A stretch of DNA of 55,850 nt from Candidatus Phoenicimicrobium oleiphilum (GCA_039638295.1 JBDIWJ010000007.1:1-55850), one strand, 5' to 3'. Positions 21,293 through 31,551 are shown, numbered from the stretch's first letter. The notes: generated by a model not told the origin, from the sequence alone. Numbers and translations are program-made.

Positions 21293-23611
21293 ATGAAAAT
21301 AATGAAATTTAGCGAGGTAAATAAACCTGTAAAACGGGTTGATGCTTATGAAAAAGTTACCGGAAAGGCTAAATTTGGTGCTGATTTATTCTTCCCTAAT
21401 ATGCTTTATGGTAAGGCATTGCACAGTAAATATCCTCATGCCCAAATTATAAAAATAAATACGGAGAAAGCTTTAACCTATCCAGGGGTAAAAGCAATTA
21501 TCACGGCAGAAGATATTCCTAATAATAAATTTGGGGTGATTATCCAAAATCAACAAGTTTTAGCGCAAGAAGAGGTCTTATATATAGGTGATGGGATTGC
21601 GGTAGTTGCTGCTGAGACTAAAGAGGCAGCTTCCGAAGCTATAAAGCTAATCGAAGTAGAATATAAAGAATTGCCAGGGATTTTTGATCCAGAGGAAGCA
21701 GCAAAAAAAGATGCACCCTTAATACATTCAGAGTTAGAAGATAATCAGGTGGTTCATCATCGAGTAAGAAAAGGAGATGTAGAAAAGGCTTTTACCCAAG
21801 CAGAAGTAATATTGGAGAGAGAATATACTACCCAGTTTGTAGAGCATAGTTATATCGAACCAGAAGCAATTATAGCGGTTCCCTATGAACACAATAGCTT
21901 AGTTACTATTTATGGTTCAATTCAGAATCCTTTTTCTTGTAGAAATGCCGTGGCAAATGTACTTAAAGTGCCCTTGAATAAAGTGAGAATAATTCAGAAT
22001 CATATGGGAGGGTCATTTGGAGGCAAGGACGAAGTTATATCTTCTATGGCTGCCCGGGCTGCGGTGTTGGCTTTAAAAACTAATCAACCGGTTAAAATGG
22101 TAAATACCAGAGAGGAATCGATTTTAGAAAGTTATAAACGGCATCCTTATAAAATGAAATATAAGGTAGGCGCCACTAAAGAGGGTAAATTGGTAGCAAT
22201 GGAGATTAAATGTATAGCTGATAGTGGAGCCTATGCCTGCCAGACTCCTTTTGTTACCTGGCGCTCAGTTGTTCAAGCAACAGGTCCCTACGAATTACCT
22301 AGTGTGAAAACAGATACTTATGGCTATTACACCAACAATATCTATACCGGGGCAATGAGGGGTTATGGTTCCCCCCAGATTGTCTTTGCTCAAGAATCCT
22401 TGATGGATGAACTGGCGGATGAATTAAAGATGACTCCTTTGGAGTTACGTTTAAAAAATATATATCATAATAATTCTATAACCGCCAGTGGGCAGAAATT
22501 AGATAACCATCAGGTAAGTCTGGAAGAAGTAATTGCCAAAGCTGTTAAGGCAAGTAATTACATAGAGAAATATATAGAATATAACAAATCCCAATTGGGA
22601 GATAAAAAAAGAGGAATTGGTATGGCTGTCAGTTTTCGGGGTTGTAGCTTGGGAGCTGAGGCTACTGATGCTGCTGGGGCTATAGTGGCTATTCAGCGCG
22701 ATGGCAGTATTTTAATTTCTTCTGGGTTAGCTGAAAACGGTGAAGGTTTGAAAACTGTTTTTAGCCAGATAGCAGCTGAGGAATTGGGAGTAGATATTAA
22801 AAGAATTAATTATATGGAGGTTGATACTTCGGTATCCCCGGAGAGTGGAGCGACTGTTGCCTCTCGCAGCACCTTATTAGGAGGTAATGCAGTAAAGAAT
22901 GCTGCCCAGCAAATAAAAAGAACTATTACAGAAATGATTGCAGATAAATTTAAGGTTAAATCAGGTGATTTAGTTTTAAGAAACGAGAATATATACAATA
23001 AGAATAATAATCAAAAAATTATGTCTTTTGATGACGCAGTTGATTTAGCTAATAAATTGGGGGTATTTTTATCTGCCTATGGGTGGTATAAAGCCCCGGA
23101 TATCTCCTGGGATGAAGAAACTGGTCAAGGTCGACCCTATTTTACTTACGTTTATGGTTGTCAGATAGCTGAGGTAGAAGTTGATACTGCTACCGGGCAG
23201 ATAGAAGTATTAAAGATGGTTGCTGCACATGATGTAGGAAGAGCCATAAATCCTGTGACTTTGAAAGGACAAATATACGGTGGGATAATGATGGCATTGG
23301 GTTATGGTATTATGGAAGAAGTAGAAATCGCAAGTGGTTACATAAAAAATACTAATTTTGATGAATATTTAATTCCTACCATAAAAGATATGCCTGAAAT
23401 TATACCGATTATTGTAGAAAATCCTGATCCTCATGGACCTTATGGAGCCAAATCTATCGGTGAACCGACTTTAGAACTAGGAGCACCAGCTATTGCCAAT
23501 GCAGTAGCTCAAGCTACTGGTAGAAGAATCAGACATTTACCCCTTAATTTAGAAAGGGTTTTGCTGGGACATTCTTTAAGTAAGGGAGGGACGAAAAATG
23601 ATATCTTATGA
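21293..23611 (+). CDS. Xanthine dehydrogenase-family Mo-binding subunit
   Basis: GGSFGGK, GAMRGYG, TVASR, HDVG, GAKSIGEP. Confidence 0.92.
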   Translation: MKIMKFSEVNKPVKRVDAYEKVTGKAKFGADLFFPNMLYGKALHSKYPHAQIIKINTEKALTYPGVKAIITAEDIPNNKFGVIIQNQQVLAQEEVLYIGDGIAVVAAETKEAASEAIKLIEVEYKELPGIFDPEEAAKKDAPLIHSELEDNQVVHHRVRKGDVEKAFTQAEVILEREYTTQFVEHSYIEPEAIIAVPYEHNSLVTIYGSIQNPFSCRNAVANVLKVPLNKVRIIQNHMGGSFGGKDEVISSMAARAAVLALKTNQPVKMVNTREESILESYKRHPYKMKYKVGATKEGKLVAMEIKCIADSGAYACQTPFVTWRSVVQATGPYELPSVKTDTYGYYTNNIYTGAMRGYGSPQIVFAQESLMDELADELKMTPLELRLKNIYHNNSITASGQKLDNHQVSLEEVIAKAVKASNYIEKYIEYNKSQLGDKKRGIGMAVSFRGCSLGAEATDAAGAIVAIQRDGSILISSGLAENGEGLKTVFSQIAAEELGVDIKRINYMEVDTSVSPESGATVASRSTLLGGNAVKNAAQQIKRTITEMIADKFKVKSGDLVLRNENIYNKNNNQKIMSFDDAVDLANKLGVFLSAYGWYKAPDISWDEETGQGRPYFTYVYGCQIAEVEVDTATGQIEVLKMVAAHDVGRAINPVTLKGQIYGGIMMALGYGIMEEVEIASGYIKNTNFDEYLIPTIKDMPEIIPIIVENPDPHGPYGAKSIGEPTLELGAPAIANAVAQATGRRIRHLPLNLERVLLGHSLSKGGTKNDIL

Positions 23612-24479
23612 ATTTTTAACCAGCAAAAAGATAGAAGAGGCTTTGGATTATTTAGATAAATTCAGTAAAGTTCAGATATTGGCTGGGGGGACGGACTTGT
23701 TGGTAAATATTCATAAAGAAAGTCCCCGCTTACCGCATTTTGATTACCTATTAGATATAAGTAATATTCCAGAATTAAAATTCATTACTTTGGTTAAAAA
23801 TTTTATAGAGATAGGTCCTTTGGTGACTCATTTCCGATTAATTGAAGAACCACTTATTAAAGGTAATTTTCCCATTTTATCAACTGCTGCCCAAACTATT
23901 GGGTCAGTCCAGATTCGTAATCGAGGTACTATAGGGGGTAATATTGTGAATGCTTCACCAGCAGCAGACCTCTTACCTCCATTGATTGCTCTAAAGGCTG
24001 AGGTAGTATTAACTTCTAAAAAAAGTGAAAGGATATTATCCTTAGAAAAATTTTTAACTGGTCCCTATAAAACTAAATTACAAGCTGATGAATTATTAAC
24101 TAAAATAAAAATTCCCTTACTTGGTGATGGTTATTACACTGATTTTCAAAAAATAGGTCGGCGAAAAGCATTATCAATTGCGAGGTTGAATCTTGCTCTG
24201 GTTACTAAAATAGACGAAAAAGGTGTTTTTCATGATACCAGAGTTGTACCAGGATCAGCTACCCCTTATCCTCAATCTTTTCCAGTGACTGAAGAATCTG
24301 TCAATGGTAAATCAATATTTAATATTGATTTAGAGGAGATTGGCGAAATAGTTAGTAAAGAAATGGTTTCTATCACTGGAGAAAGATGGTCCACACCATA
24401 CAAGAAACCAGCTATTGCAACTCTAATTAAGAGGGCATTGGAAAAGATTATCAAGGAGGCAAAAACCAATGAAAATTAA
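23598..24479 (+). CDS. Xanthine dehydrogenase-family FAD subunit
   Basis: AGGTDL, IGSVQIRNRGTIGGN, ASPAAD. Confidence 0.92.
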   Translation: MISYEFLTSKKIEEALDYLDKFSKVQILAGGTDLLVNIHKESPRLPHFDYLLDISNIPELKFITLVKNFIEIGPLVTHFRLIEEPLIKGNFPILSTAAQTIGSVQIRNRGTIGGNIVNASPAADLLPPLIALKAEVVLTSKKSERILSLEKFLTGPYKTKLQADELLTKIKIPLLGDGYYTDFQKIGRRKALSIARLNLALVTKIDEKGVFHDTRVVPGSATPYPQSFPVTEESVNGKSIFNIDLEEIGEIVSKEMVSITGERWSTPYKKPAIATLIKRALEKIIKEAKTNEN

Positions 24480-24945
24480 TAAGATTACGGTAACTTTCAT
24501 TGTCAATGGTCAGGAAGTAACCTTAAAGGTGGGTTCTAAGGAGCGTTTACTTGATACTTTGAGGGAACAATTACAATTAACCGGGACCAAAGAAGGGTGT
24601 AGTGTTGGTGAATGCGGAGCCTGTACAGTTATCCTTGATGGAAAGGCAGTCCCTTCCTGTTTGATTCTTACCGGACAGATTGGAGGAAGCGAAGTTTTAA
24701 CTATTGAAGGGTTGGAAGCAGATGGAAAGCTTGATCCTTTACAACAAGCCTTTATTGATTATCATGCTGTACAGTGTGGTTTTTGTACTCCCGGGATGTT
24801 AATGTCTGCTAAGGCCTTACTTATACATAATCCTCATCCCAGTCGAGAAGAAATTAGAACAGCTTTAGAGGGGAATCTATGCCGCTGTACCGGCTATGAA
24901 CAGATTATCGAGGCAATTGAAAGTGTAGCTAAGAATTGTCAGTAG
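24469..24945 (+). CDS. Xanthine dehydrogenase-family 2x[2Fe-2S] subunit
   Basis: GCSVGECGACTV, QCGFCTPG, NLCRCTGY. Confidence 0.94.
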   Translation: MKINKITVTFIVNGQEVTLKVGSKERLLDTLREQLQLTGTKEGCSVGECGACTVILDGKAVPSCLILTGQIGGSEVLTIEGLEADGKLDPLQQAFIDYHAVQCGFCTPGMLMSAKALLIHNPHPSREEIRTALEGNLCRCTGYEQIIEAIESVAKNCQ

Positions 24946-24985
24946 AACCGTCCCCCTAACAATCTAGGGGAGGAGATTTTTTTAT

Positions 24986-26344
24986 ATGTCTTCCATTTTA
25001 ATTAAAAATATAAAAGAAATTGTAACGATGGACAGAGAAAGAAATAGACTGAAAGGTTACAGTCTTTTAATCAAAGATAATAAAATTAGTAAAATTTCCG
25101 ATAAGATAGACTTTGAAGCTGATGAGGTGATTGATGGTTCTGATTATTTCCTTTATCCTGGTTTAATTAATACCCATCATCATTTTTATCAAACCTTAAC
25201 CAGAAATATTCCTCAAGTACAGAATGTAGAGTTATTTAATTGGTTAAAATATCTTTATCCTATTTGGGCTCGCTTAATTCCTGAAGCGGTTTATTACAGT
25301 AGTCTAGTAGCTATGGGAGAACTTCTAAAGACTGGTTGTACTACCTCTGTTGACCAGTTCTACGTTTTTCCTAAAGGTCAGCCAAAAGAACTGTTGGATG
25401 AAGAATTCAGGGCAGCTAAGGAAATCGGAATAAGGTTTCATGGTTGTCGAGGGAGTATGTCTTTGAGTAAAAAAGATGGAGGATTACCTCCTGATGAAGT
25501 AGTTCAAACAGAAGAAGAGGTGCTGGCTGATTCTCAGCGGGTTATCGAAAAATTTCATGATTACAAGCCTTTTGCTATGCAAAGAGTGGTTTTAGCCCCC
25601 TGTTCTCCCTTTTCGGTAACTGAGAACCTTCTGAGAGAATCGATTAAATTGGCCCGAAATTATAAAGTGGAAAGCCATACCCATTTAGCAGAAACCAAAG
25701 ATGAAGAAAAATTTTGTCAGAAAATATTTGGCATGCGGCCCCTTAAATATATAGAAAAAGTTGGCTGGTTGGGTGATGATGTCTGGTTTGCTCATTGTGT
25801 TCACCTGACTGAAAGTGAGATAGATTTATTGGCTGAAACAGGAACAGGAGTAGCACATTGTCCAGTTTCTAATCAAAAACTGGCTTCTGGAGCAGCGAAT
25901 GTCCCTTATATGTTGAAAAAGAAAGTACCAGTAGGATTAGCAGTTGATGGTAGTGCTAGTAATGATTCTTCTAATATGATTGCTGAACTTAAATCAACAC
26001 TTCTAATACATCGTTTAATTTATGGCATCTCCAGTATGTCTGCTGAAGAAGTAATGGTTATGGCTACCAATGGTGGTCGAGATGTCCTTAACCAGCCAGA
26101 AGTTGGGAGCATAGAAGAAGGAAAAGCAGCAGATATGTTCTTAATCAATACTAAAAAATTGGGATTTGCTGGTGGGTTATCAGATTCTGTTTCTGCTCTG
26201 GTAACTTGTGGTGATTCTCAAATTGTGGATATCACTATAGTTAATGGTAAAATTGTAGTTCGTGATGGAAGGTTGGTTACTATTGATGAAAATATAGTGG
26301 CGGAAAAAGCCAATAAAATTTCTCAAGAAATGATTAAAGGATAA
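24986..26344 (+). CDS. 8-oxoguanine deaminase / AtzB-like amidohydrolase
   Basis: NTHHHFYQ, APCSPFSV, HTHLAE, HCPVSN, VDGSASND. Confidence 0.85.
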   Translation: MSSILIKNIKEIVTMDRERNRLKGYSLLIKDNKISKISDKIDFEADEVIDGSDYFLYPGLINTHHHFYQTLTRNIPQVQNVELFNWLKYLYPIWARLIPEAVYYSSLVAMGELLKTGCTTSVDQFYVFPKGQPKELLDEEFRAAKEIGIRFHGCRGSMSLSKKDGGLPPDEVVQTEEEVLADSQRVIEKFHDYKPFAMQRVVLAPCSPFSVTENLLRESIKLARNYKVESHTHLAETKDEEKFCQKIFGMRPLKYIEKVGWLGDDVWFAHCVHLTESEIDLLAETGTGVAHCPVSNQKLASGAANVPYMLKKKVPVGLAVDGSASNDSSNMIAELKSTLLIHRLIYGISSMSAEEVMVMATNGGRDVLNQPEVGSIEEGKAADMFLINTKKLGFAGGLSDSVSALVTCGDSQIVDITIVNGKIVVRDGRLVTIDENIVAEKANKISQEMIKG

Positions 26345-26348
26345 AAAA

Positions 26349-26453
26349 TGTCATTGAGAGGAATAAAGCAAGCTCGTCCCAGCGAAAGCAGGGGAAGCAA
26401 TCTTATCAGTTATGAGATTGCCACGCCCTGATAAATGAGGGTTCGCAATGACA
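26349..26453. repeat. Palindromic extragenic element (TGTCATTG...CAATGACA ends)
   Basis: Terminal inverted repeat with internal gaagcaatct/agattgcc arms. Confidence 0.65.
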
Positions 26454-26566
26454 AGAGAGAGAGTTGCTAAATAATTTATTTTGTAGTACCTAAGGTTAAT
26501 AAATTGGAAATAGTTGGGATAAAATTATTAAGTTTATACTTATTTTGAAGAGAGGGAGAAAGAAAA

Positions 26567-27898
26567 ATGTTGATAATCGGAGACGGAACGGTTCTTACTT
26601 TTGATAAAGATTCTCGGGTTATCTCTAACGGAGGTATAGCCATTGAGGGAGAGGAAATTTTAGATATAGGAGATACAGAAGAATTACAAAAAAAATATCC
26701 GGAAGCTACTTTTAAGGATGTCCAGGGCAAAATAATAATGCCGGGTATGATTAATACTCATATGCATCTTTATAGCACCTTTGCTCGAGGAATGGACCTT
26801 AAAACTGGCCAGCCCCCTAAGAAATTTGTGGAGATTTTGGAAAAATTATGGTGGAGATTAGATAGAACTTTAAATGAAGAAGATATATATTATAGTGCAA
26901 TTTATGCTATTCTGGATTGTGTAAAGAAAGGGGCTACAACTATTTTTGACCACCATGCCAGCGGTAATCTTATTGATGGTAGTTTAGATATAATTACGGA
27001 AGCAGTTCGTCAAAGCGGTATCAGAGCTAGTTTAGCTTATGAAATTTCTGATAGGGATGGTCACGAAAAGGCATTAGAGGGGATTAGGGAAAACGAACGG
27101 TTTATAAAAAAAACACAACGTGAGGGTAATAGCTATTTAAGAGGAATGATCGGGCTTCACGCTTCTTTTACCCTGAAAAACGAGACTTTATCCCAAGCAG
27201 CTTCCTTAGCTGATGAGTTGGAGGTACCTTTTCATATCCATGTCGCAGAAGGTATAGAAGATTTTTATGAAAGTAAAACTCGAGGGTATAAGGGGGTGGC
27301 ATATCGTCTCGATCGTTTTCATATCTTAAGGCCCGGTACTTTAGCTATCCACGGAGTTCATCTTCAGGAAGAAGAATTGGAAATTTTAAAGAACAATGAC
27401 AGTTCTTTAGTTCATAATCCTGAGTCCAATATGGGTAATGCGGTAGGATTTGCTCCGATTAAGACTGCCTTAGATAAAGGTATAGTAGTAGGATTGGGGA
27501 CTGATGGTTACACTTCAGATATGTTTGAAAGCATTAAAGTAGCCAACCTCTTGCAAAAACATGAATTACATCATCCTCAGGCTGGCTGGAATGAGGTCTT
27601 TCAGATGGCTTTTAAGAATAACCGTGAGATTGCCACCAGATCTTTTGACAAAACTTTAGGCATACTTAAGGCAGAGGCCCCTGCTGATATTATAGTGGTA
27701 GATTATTATCCACCCACACCCATTACCAGCGAGAATGCTTACTTTCACATCCTATTTGGTATAAGTGGCGACATGGTCGATACTACTATTGTGGGTGGTA
27801 ATATATTAATGGAAGATAGGGAAATAAGTGGTTTGGATTATCAAAGAATCACCCGAAGAGTAAAAGAACAAGCCGAAGACTTCTGGAAACGATTTTAA
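26567..27898 (+). CDS. ssnA: SsnA-like amidohydrolase
   Basis: HMHLYSTFARG, LWWRLD, DHHAS, GLHASFT, HNPESNMGNAVG, GTDG. Confidence 0.88.
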   Translation: MLIIGDGTVLTFDKDSRVISNGGIAIEGEEILDIGDTEELQKKYPEATFKDVQGKIIMPGMINTHMHLYSTFARGMDLKTGQPPKKFVEILEKLWWRLDRTLNEEDIYYSAIYAILDCVKKGATTIFDHHASGNLIDGSLDIITEAVRQSGIRASLAYEISDRDGHEKALEGIRENERFIKKTQREGNSYLRGMIGLHASFTLKNETLSQAASLADELEVPFHIHVAEGIEDFYESKTRGYKGVAYRLDRFHILRPGTLAIHGVHLQEEELEILKNNDSSLVHNPESNMGNAVGFAPIKTALDKGIVVGLGTDGYTSDMFESIKVANLLQKHELHHPQAGWNEVFQMAFKNNREIATRSFDKTLGILKAEAPADIIVVDYYPPTPITSENAYFHILFGISGDMVDTTIVGGNILMEDREISGLDYQRITRRVKEQAEDFWKRF

Positions 27899-28022
27899 AA
27901 CTCCTCACCTTCCTCAAGATAAAATTACCTATTAAAATATTACCAAATATTTTTTAAAATCTGGAATTACCAGGTTATTATATATTTTTTTAAAAAAATT
28001 AAAAAATATTTTCAATTTTTTC

Positions 28023-28050
28023 TTGACATTATTTAAAGAATAGATATAAT
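28023..28050 (+). promoter_or_regulatory. Sigma70-type promoter TTGACA-N16-TATAAT
   Basis: Perfect consensus hexamers at 28023-28028 and 28045-28050. Confidence 0.75.
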
Positions 28051-28056
28051 AACCAT

Positions 28057-28186
28057 TGTATAATTAATTAATAATTGTTTGCAGGCCATACAGACTTGAA
28101 GCAACAAACAACAAAACAATCTTTTTCATAATTATACCTCCTTTATAATGAGCCCGTTTTGAGGTAAGCAAAGCGGGCTTTTTGAT
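28057..28186 (+). ncRNA. Candidate ~130-nt small RNA with anti-Shine-Dalgarno segment
   Basis: Consensus promoter, no + strand ORF, CTTTTTCATAATTATACCTCCTTT, then intrinsic terminator. Confidence 0.55.
28151..28186 (+). terminator. Intrinsic terminator
   Basis: agcccgtttt...aaagcgggct followed by tttt. Confidence 0.75.
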
Positions 28187-28211
28187 TTTTATGCTTTTAT
28201 TAACAAAAAAG

Positions 28212-28239
28212 AGGATTTTTTAAGGGATTTGTAGAATTA
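28212..28239 (+). promoter_or_regulatory. Sigma-H-like promoter (AGGA-N18-GAAT)
   Basis: gAGGAtttt...gtaGAATta. Confidence 0.45.
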
Positions 28240-28289
28240 TAAATTATATATAATATGATTGTGACCCAAAAAGTAGACAAAATAGTAAG

Positions 28290-28366
28290 GTAGGGGCACG
28301 ATGCATCGTGCCCATAGGGGAAATTAGATAATAATATTAAGAGGGCACAATTCATTGTGCTCCAAC
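28290..28366. repeat. Inverted pair of GTAG-type REP palindromes
   Basis: GTAG-gggcacgatgcatcgtgccc and gggcacaattcattgtgctc-CAAC. Confidence 0.7.
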
Positions 28367-28397
28367 AACTTAATTATAACTAAAATTATAATTTACT

Positions 28398-28583
28398 ATG
28401 AAATTATCTACTTACACTCCCCACGAAAGATCTTGCTGGCCTTATGCCGACGGTTTTACTTCAACTAATTATAAGGCAGGATATGGAAGTATAGCTATTG
28501 ACCCGGAATATGGAGTGTTCCGCTATGGGGACATACTCTATATCGAAGGTTATGGAATAGGACTTGTGGAAAGATATAAATAA
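28398..28583 (+). pseudogene. Truncated 3D (Asp-Asp-Asp, MltA-like) domain remnant
   Basis: STYTP...DGFTS...GYGSIAIDP...GDILYIEGYG stops before the expected EDxG/IDxY motifs; no SD. Confidence 0.55.
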
Positions 28584-28937
28584 AATTGAGAAATACCTTT
28601 TAAATTTGGATTTTTAGTAATAATATTAATTATTTAATTATATTTCAGTAAATTAAGCAAATTAGATTAATAAAAATATACTGTATCTGGAACTAAATTC
28701 TTGTTTTTTTTCTGGGCGTTTGGTATATTTATAATTGTAACCATATAAAGAGGGAAATAAAATCCGGGAAGAACAGTATAAAAATATTCGAATAGTATGA
28801 CTAAAGATAGACTGATTTGCTGCCTTAATTGTAATAGAATTTTGTAGAAGCAAAACATCCTACCAGAATAATCAGTGATGTTATAGATAGTATAAATAAT
28901 AGCCTGTATTAAATTAAGCAGGTATAAAGGAGTAGCT

Positions 28938-30473
28938 TTGGATAATTCGAAAGGTTATGCAATCGAATTACACGGAATCGTCAAGCGGTTTCCTGGTGTA
29001 GTTGCCAATGACGGTATCGATCTTAAGGTTCGTCGTGGCGAGATTCACTGCCTTCTCGGAGAGAACGGCGCAGGTAAGACAACTCTAATGCGAGTTCTCT
29101 ATGGCCTTTATCGACCCGAAGAAGGGGAAATTATCTTAAACGGCCAATCGGTTCATATGACTTCCCCCCGGGCTGCACTCAATCACCATATCGGTATGGT
29201 TCACCAACACTTTCGACTCGTTCCTACGTTATCAGTAGAGGAGAACATTATCCTTGGGCTAGATGAAGGTACCGGACCCCTCATGAATTTTCGTAAGACA
29301 CGTGAAAAGATCTCGGCAATTGCTGATGAGTATGGTCTACCAGTAGATCTACAGGCTAAGATATGGCAACTAGCGGTTGGCCAGCAGCAACGTGTTGAAA
29401 TCTTAAAGGCTCTATACCGTGAGGTCGATATTCTGATTATGGACGAGCCAACGAGTGTTCTTACCCCCCAAGAGGTCGATCAACTATTTACTACACTGCG
29501 TACTTTAGTTGACGATGGGCTGACTATCATTTTTATTACTCACAAACTCGACGAGGTAATGAAAGTGAGCGACCGAGTGACAGTACTACGACAGGGGAAG
29601 CACGTGGCAACCCTGTCTACCGCTGAGACAGACAAACCTACTCTGGCTAAGCTAATGGTCGGTAGAGAAGTAGTCTTTCGACTTAAAAAGAGCCCGATAA
29701 AACGAAGAGAAAAATTCCTTGAGGTGAATGATCTGTATGCACTAAATGACCGTGGACTTCTTGCCCTTCGTGGGGTATCGTTTGAACTCTTTGGTGGAGA
29801 GATACTTGGTGTAGCTGGGGTATCAGGAAATGGTCAACATGAACTTGCCGAGGTACTTACTGGACTGCGTAAGTCGGCAAAGGGTAGAGTATTCTTAAGG
29901 AAAAAGGAAATTACTAATTGTTCCACACGAGAAATAAATGACCTTAAAGTTGCTCATATCCCGGCAGAGAGAATCAGGATGGGGATTGTCCCCTCTCTTA
30001 GCATTTGCGAGAATCTAATTCTAAAAAAATATCGCCATTCCCCCTTTTCCCATGGAGAGTTTCTTGATAATAAGGAAATTGAAGAAAATACTCGCCGTGC
30101 GATATTAGACTACAAAATAGTTGCTCCCAGCTACGAGATACCTGTTAAGCTCCTCTCAGGAGGAAATATTCAAAAGGTAGTCCTGGCACGTGAATTATCC
30201 GAAGATCCTATCCTGATTATAGCGGTTCACCCTACCTATGGTCTCGATATCGGTGCTACCGAGCAGGTCCGGCAAATACTCTTAGCACAACGGGAACGGG
30301 GTGCCGCAACTCTACTTATCTCAGAGGATCTGGAGGAGATTATGACACTGTCTGATCGGATAATGGTCCTATTTAATGGTGAGGTAATGGGAATCCTCGA
30401 TGCGGAAGGCGCCAATATAGAAGAGATTGGTTTGATGATGGCCGGTACACGATATAGAGGAGAAGAATTATGA
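28938..30473 (+). CDS. Nucleoside/CUT2 ABC transporter ATP-binding protein
   Basis: GENGAGKT, MVHQHF, DEPTSVL, LSGGNIQK, ISEDL; two ABC domains. Confidence 0.93.
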   Translation: MDNSKGYAIELHGIVKRFPGVVANDGIDLKVRRGEIHCLLGENGAGKTTLMRVLYGLYRPEEGEIILNGQSVHMTSPRAALNHHIGMVHQHFRLVPTLSVEENIILGLDEGTGPLMNFRKTREKISAIADEYGLPVDLQAKIWQLAVGQQQRVEILKALYREVDILIMDEPTSVLTPQEVDQLFTTLRTLVDDGLTIIFITHKLDEVMKVSDRVTVLRQGKHVATLSTAETDKPTLAKLMVGREVVFRLKKSPIKRREKFLEVNDLYALNDRGLLALRGVSFELFGGEILGVAGVSGNGQHELAEVLTGLRKSAKGRVFLRKKEITNCSTREINDLKVAHIPAERIRMGIVPSLSICENLILKKYRHSPFSHGEFLDNKEIEENTRRAILDYKIVAPSYEIPVKLLSGGNIQKVVLARELSEDPILIIAVHPTYGLDIGATEQVRQILLAQRERGAATLLISEDLEEIMTLSDRIMVLFNGEVMGILDAEGANIEEIGLMMAGTRYRGEEL

Positions 30474-31549
30474 CGGGACGCGTGGATTTCAAAATTGAAA
30501 GAAGACCAGTTGCATCTGGATTCATCGTGTTCTTAGTCTCGCTTATTGCTATTTTTGCAGCGTTGGCGGTAGCAGGGATATTCTTCCAGATTTATGGAAT
30601 CTCTCCCATTAGAGCCTATCAATTACTGCTACGGGGATCATTGGGAAGCACATTTGGGCTGACCGAAACAATACGTCGGGCGATTCCTCTATTACTTTGT
30701 GGGGTTGGGTTAACGATTGCCTTCCGTGCTTTCTTCTGGAATATTGGAGCCGAAGGACAGCTTCTTATGGGAGCAGTTACCGCAGCTGGAATTGCTCTTT
30801 TTAGTAAGCTACCTGGTCCGTTACTCTTACCAGCGATGTTTATAGGTGGGTTCTTGGGCGGAGCCGCATGGGGACTTATTCCAGCCATCTTAAAAGTTAT
30901 TTTGGGGGTAAATGATGTCATTACGACTTTAATGATGAACTATGTTGCCATATACTTTGTTGAGTGGTTAATCCACGGTCCTTGGAAAGGGCCATCCGCG
31001 CGTGGATTTGCCTATTCTGATACTTTCCCGCGTGCTGCATGGCTGCCGACCATCTATGGTACCCGCATCCATTGGCCGACCTTAGTCTTGGGACTTGTTC
31101 TTGCTGTTGTAATGTATATATTAATTAACTACACCAGGAGTGGGTTTGAGATCAGGGTTATTGGAGAGAACCCTGATGCAGCAAGGTATGCGGGTATTAG
31201 TCAACTCAAGACGACTCTACTTGTAATGCTTATTTCCGGGGGTTTTGCGGGATTGGCTGGAGTGGGGGAGATTGCGGGTATTCATATGCGGCTATTGGGG
31301 CCGACTCATATCTCAATGGGTTATGGGTATACCGCAATCATCGTCGCCTGGTTAGCACGACGCAATCCCTTAGCTGTGATAGTAACATCTCTTCTGTTTG
31401 GGGTTATTATGTCCGGAGGGGATGTAATTAAAGTATCACTTGGGCTACCGTTCCAATTAATTAATGTATTTAACGGATTAATATTATTCTTCCTTATTGG
31501 AAGTGAGATTCTTCTTCGCTACAAAATATCCTTTTTTTTGAGGAGGTAG
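30470..31549 (+). CDS. Nucleoside ABC transporter permease
   Basis: WNIGAEGQ, GENPDAARYAGI, TM segments. Confidence 0.9.
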   Translation: MTGRVDFKIERRPVASGFIVFLVSLIAIFAALAVAGIFFQIYGISPIRAYQLLLRGSLGSTFGLTETIRRAIPLLLCGVGLTIAFRAFFWNIGAEGQLLMGAVTAAGIALFSKLPGPLLLPAMFIGGFLGGAAWGLIPAILKVILGVNDVITTLMMNYVAIYFVEWLIHGPWKGPSARGFAYSDTFPRAAWLPTIYGTRIHWPTLVLGLVLAVVMYILINYTRSGFEIRVIGENPDAARYAGISQLKTTLLVMLISGGFAGLAGVGEIAGIHMRLLGPTHISMGYGYTAIIVAWLARRNPLAVIVTSLLFGVIMSGGDVIKVSLGLPFQLINVFNGLILFFLIGSEILLRYKISFFLRR

Positions 31550-31551
31550 TT

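Noticed and set aside
21293..24945. Selenocysteine in the Mo-hydroxylase or YgfK subunits
   Set aside because: All are uninterrupted ORFs; any selenium would be a non-Sec cofactor ligand
28662..28858. Two 63-aa minus-strand ORFs
   Set aside because: AT-rich promoter region, no SD, no recognisable motifs
28590..28937. Purine riboswitch upstream of the nucleoside ABC operon
   Set aside because: I could not find the conserved UAUAAU..GAUAUGG..GUUUCUACC..CCGUAAA core; an Rfam scan would settle it
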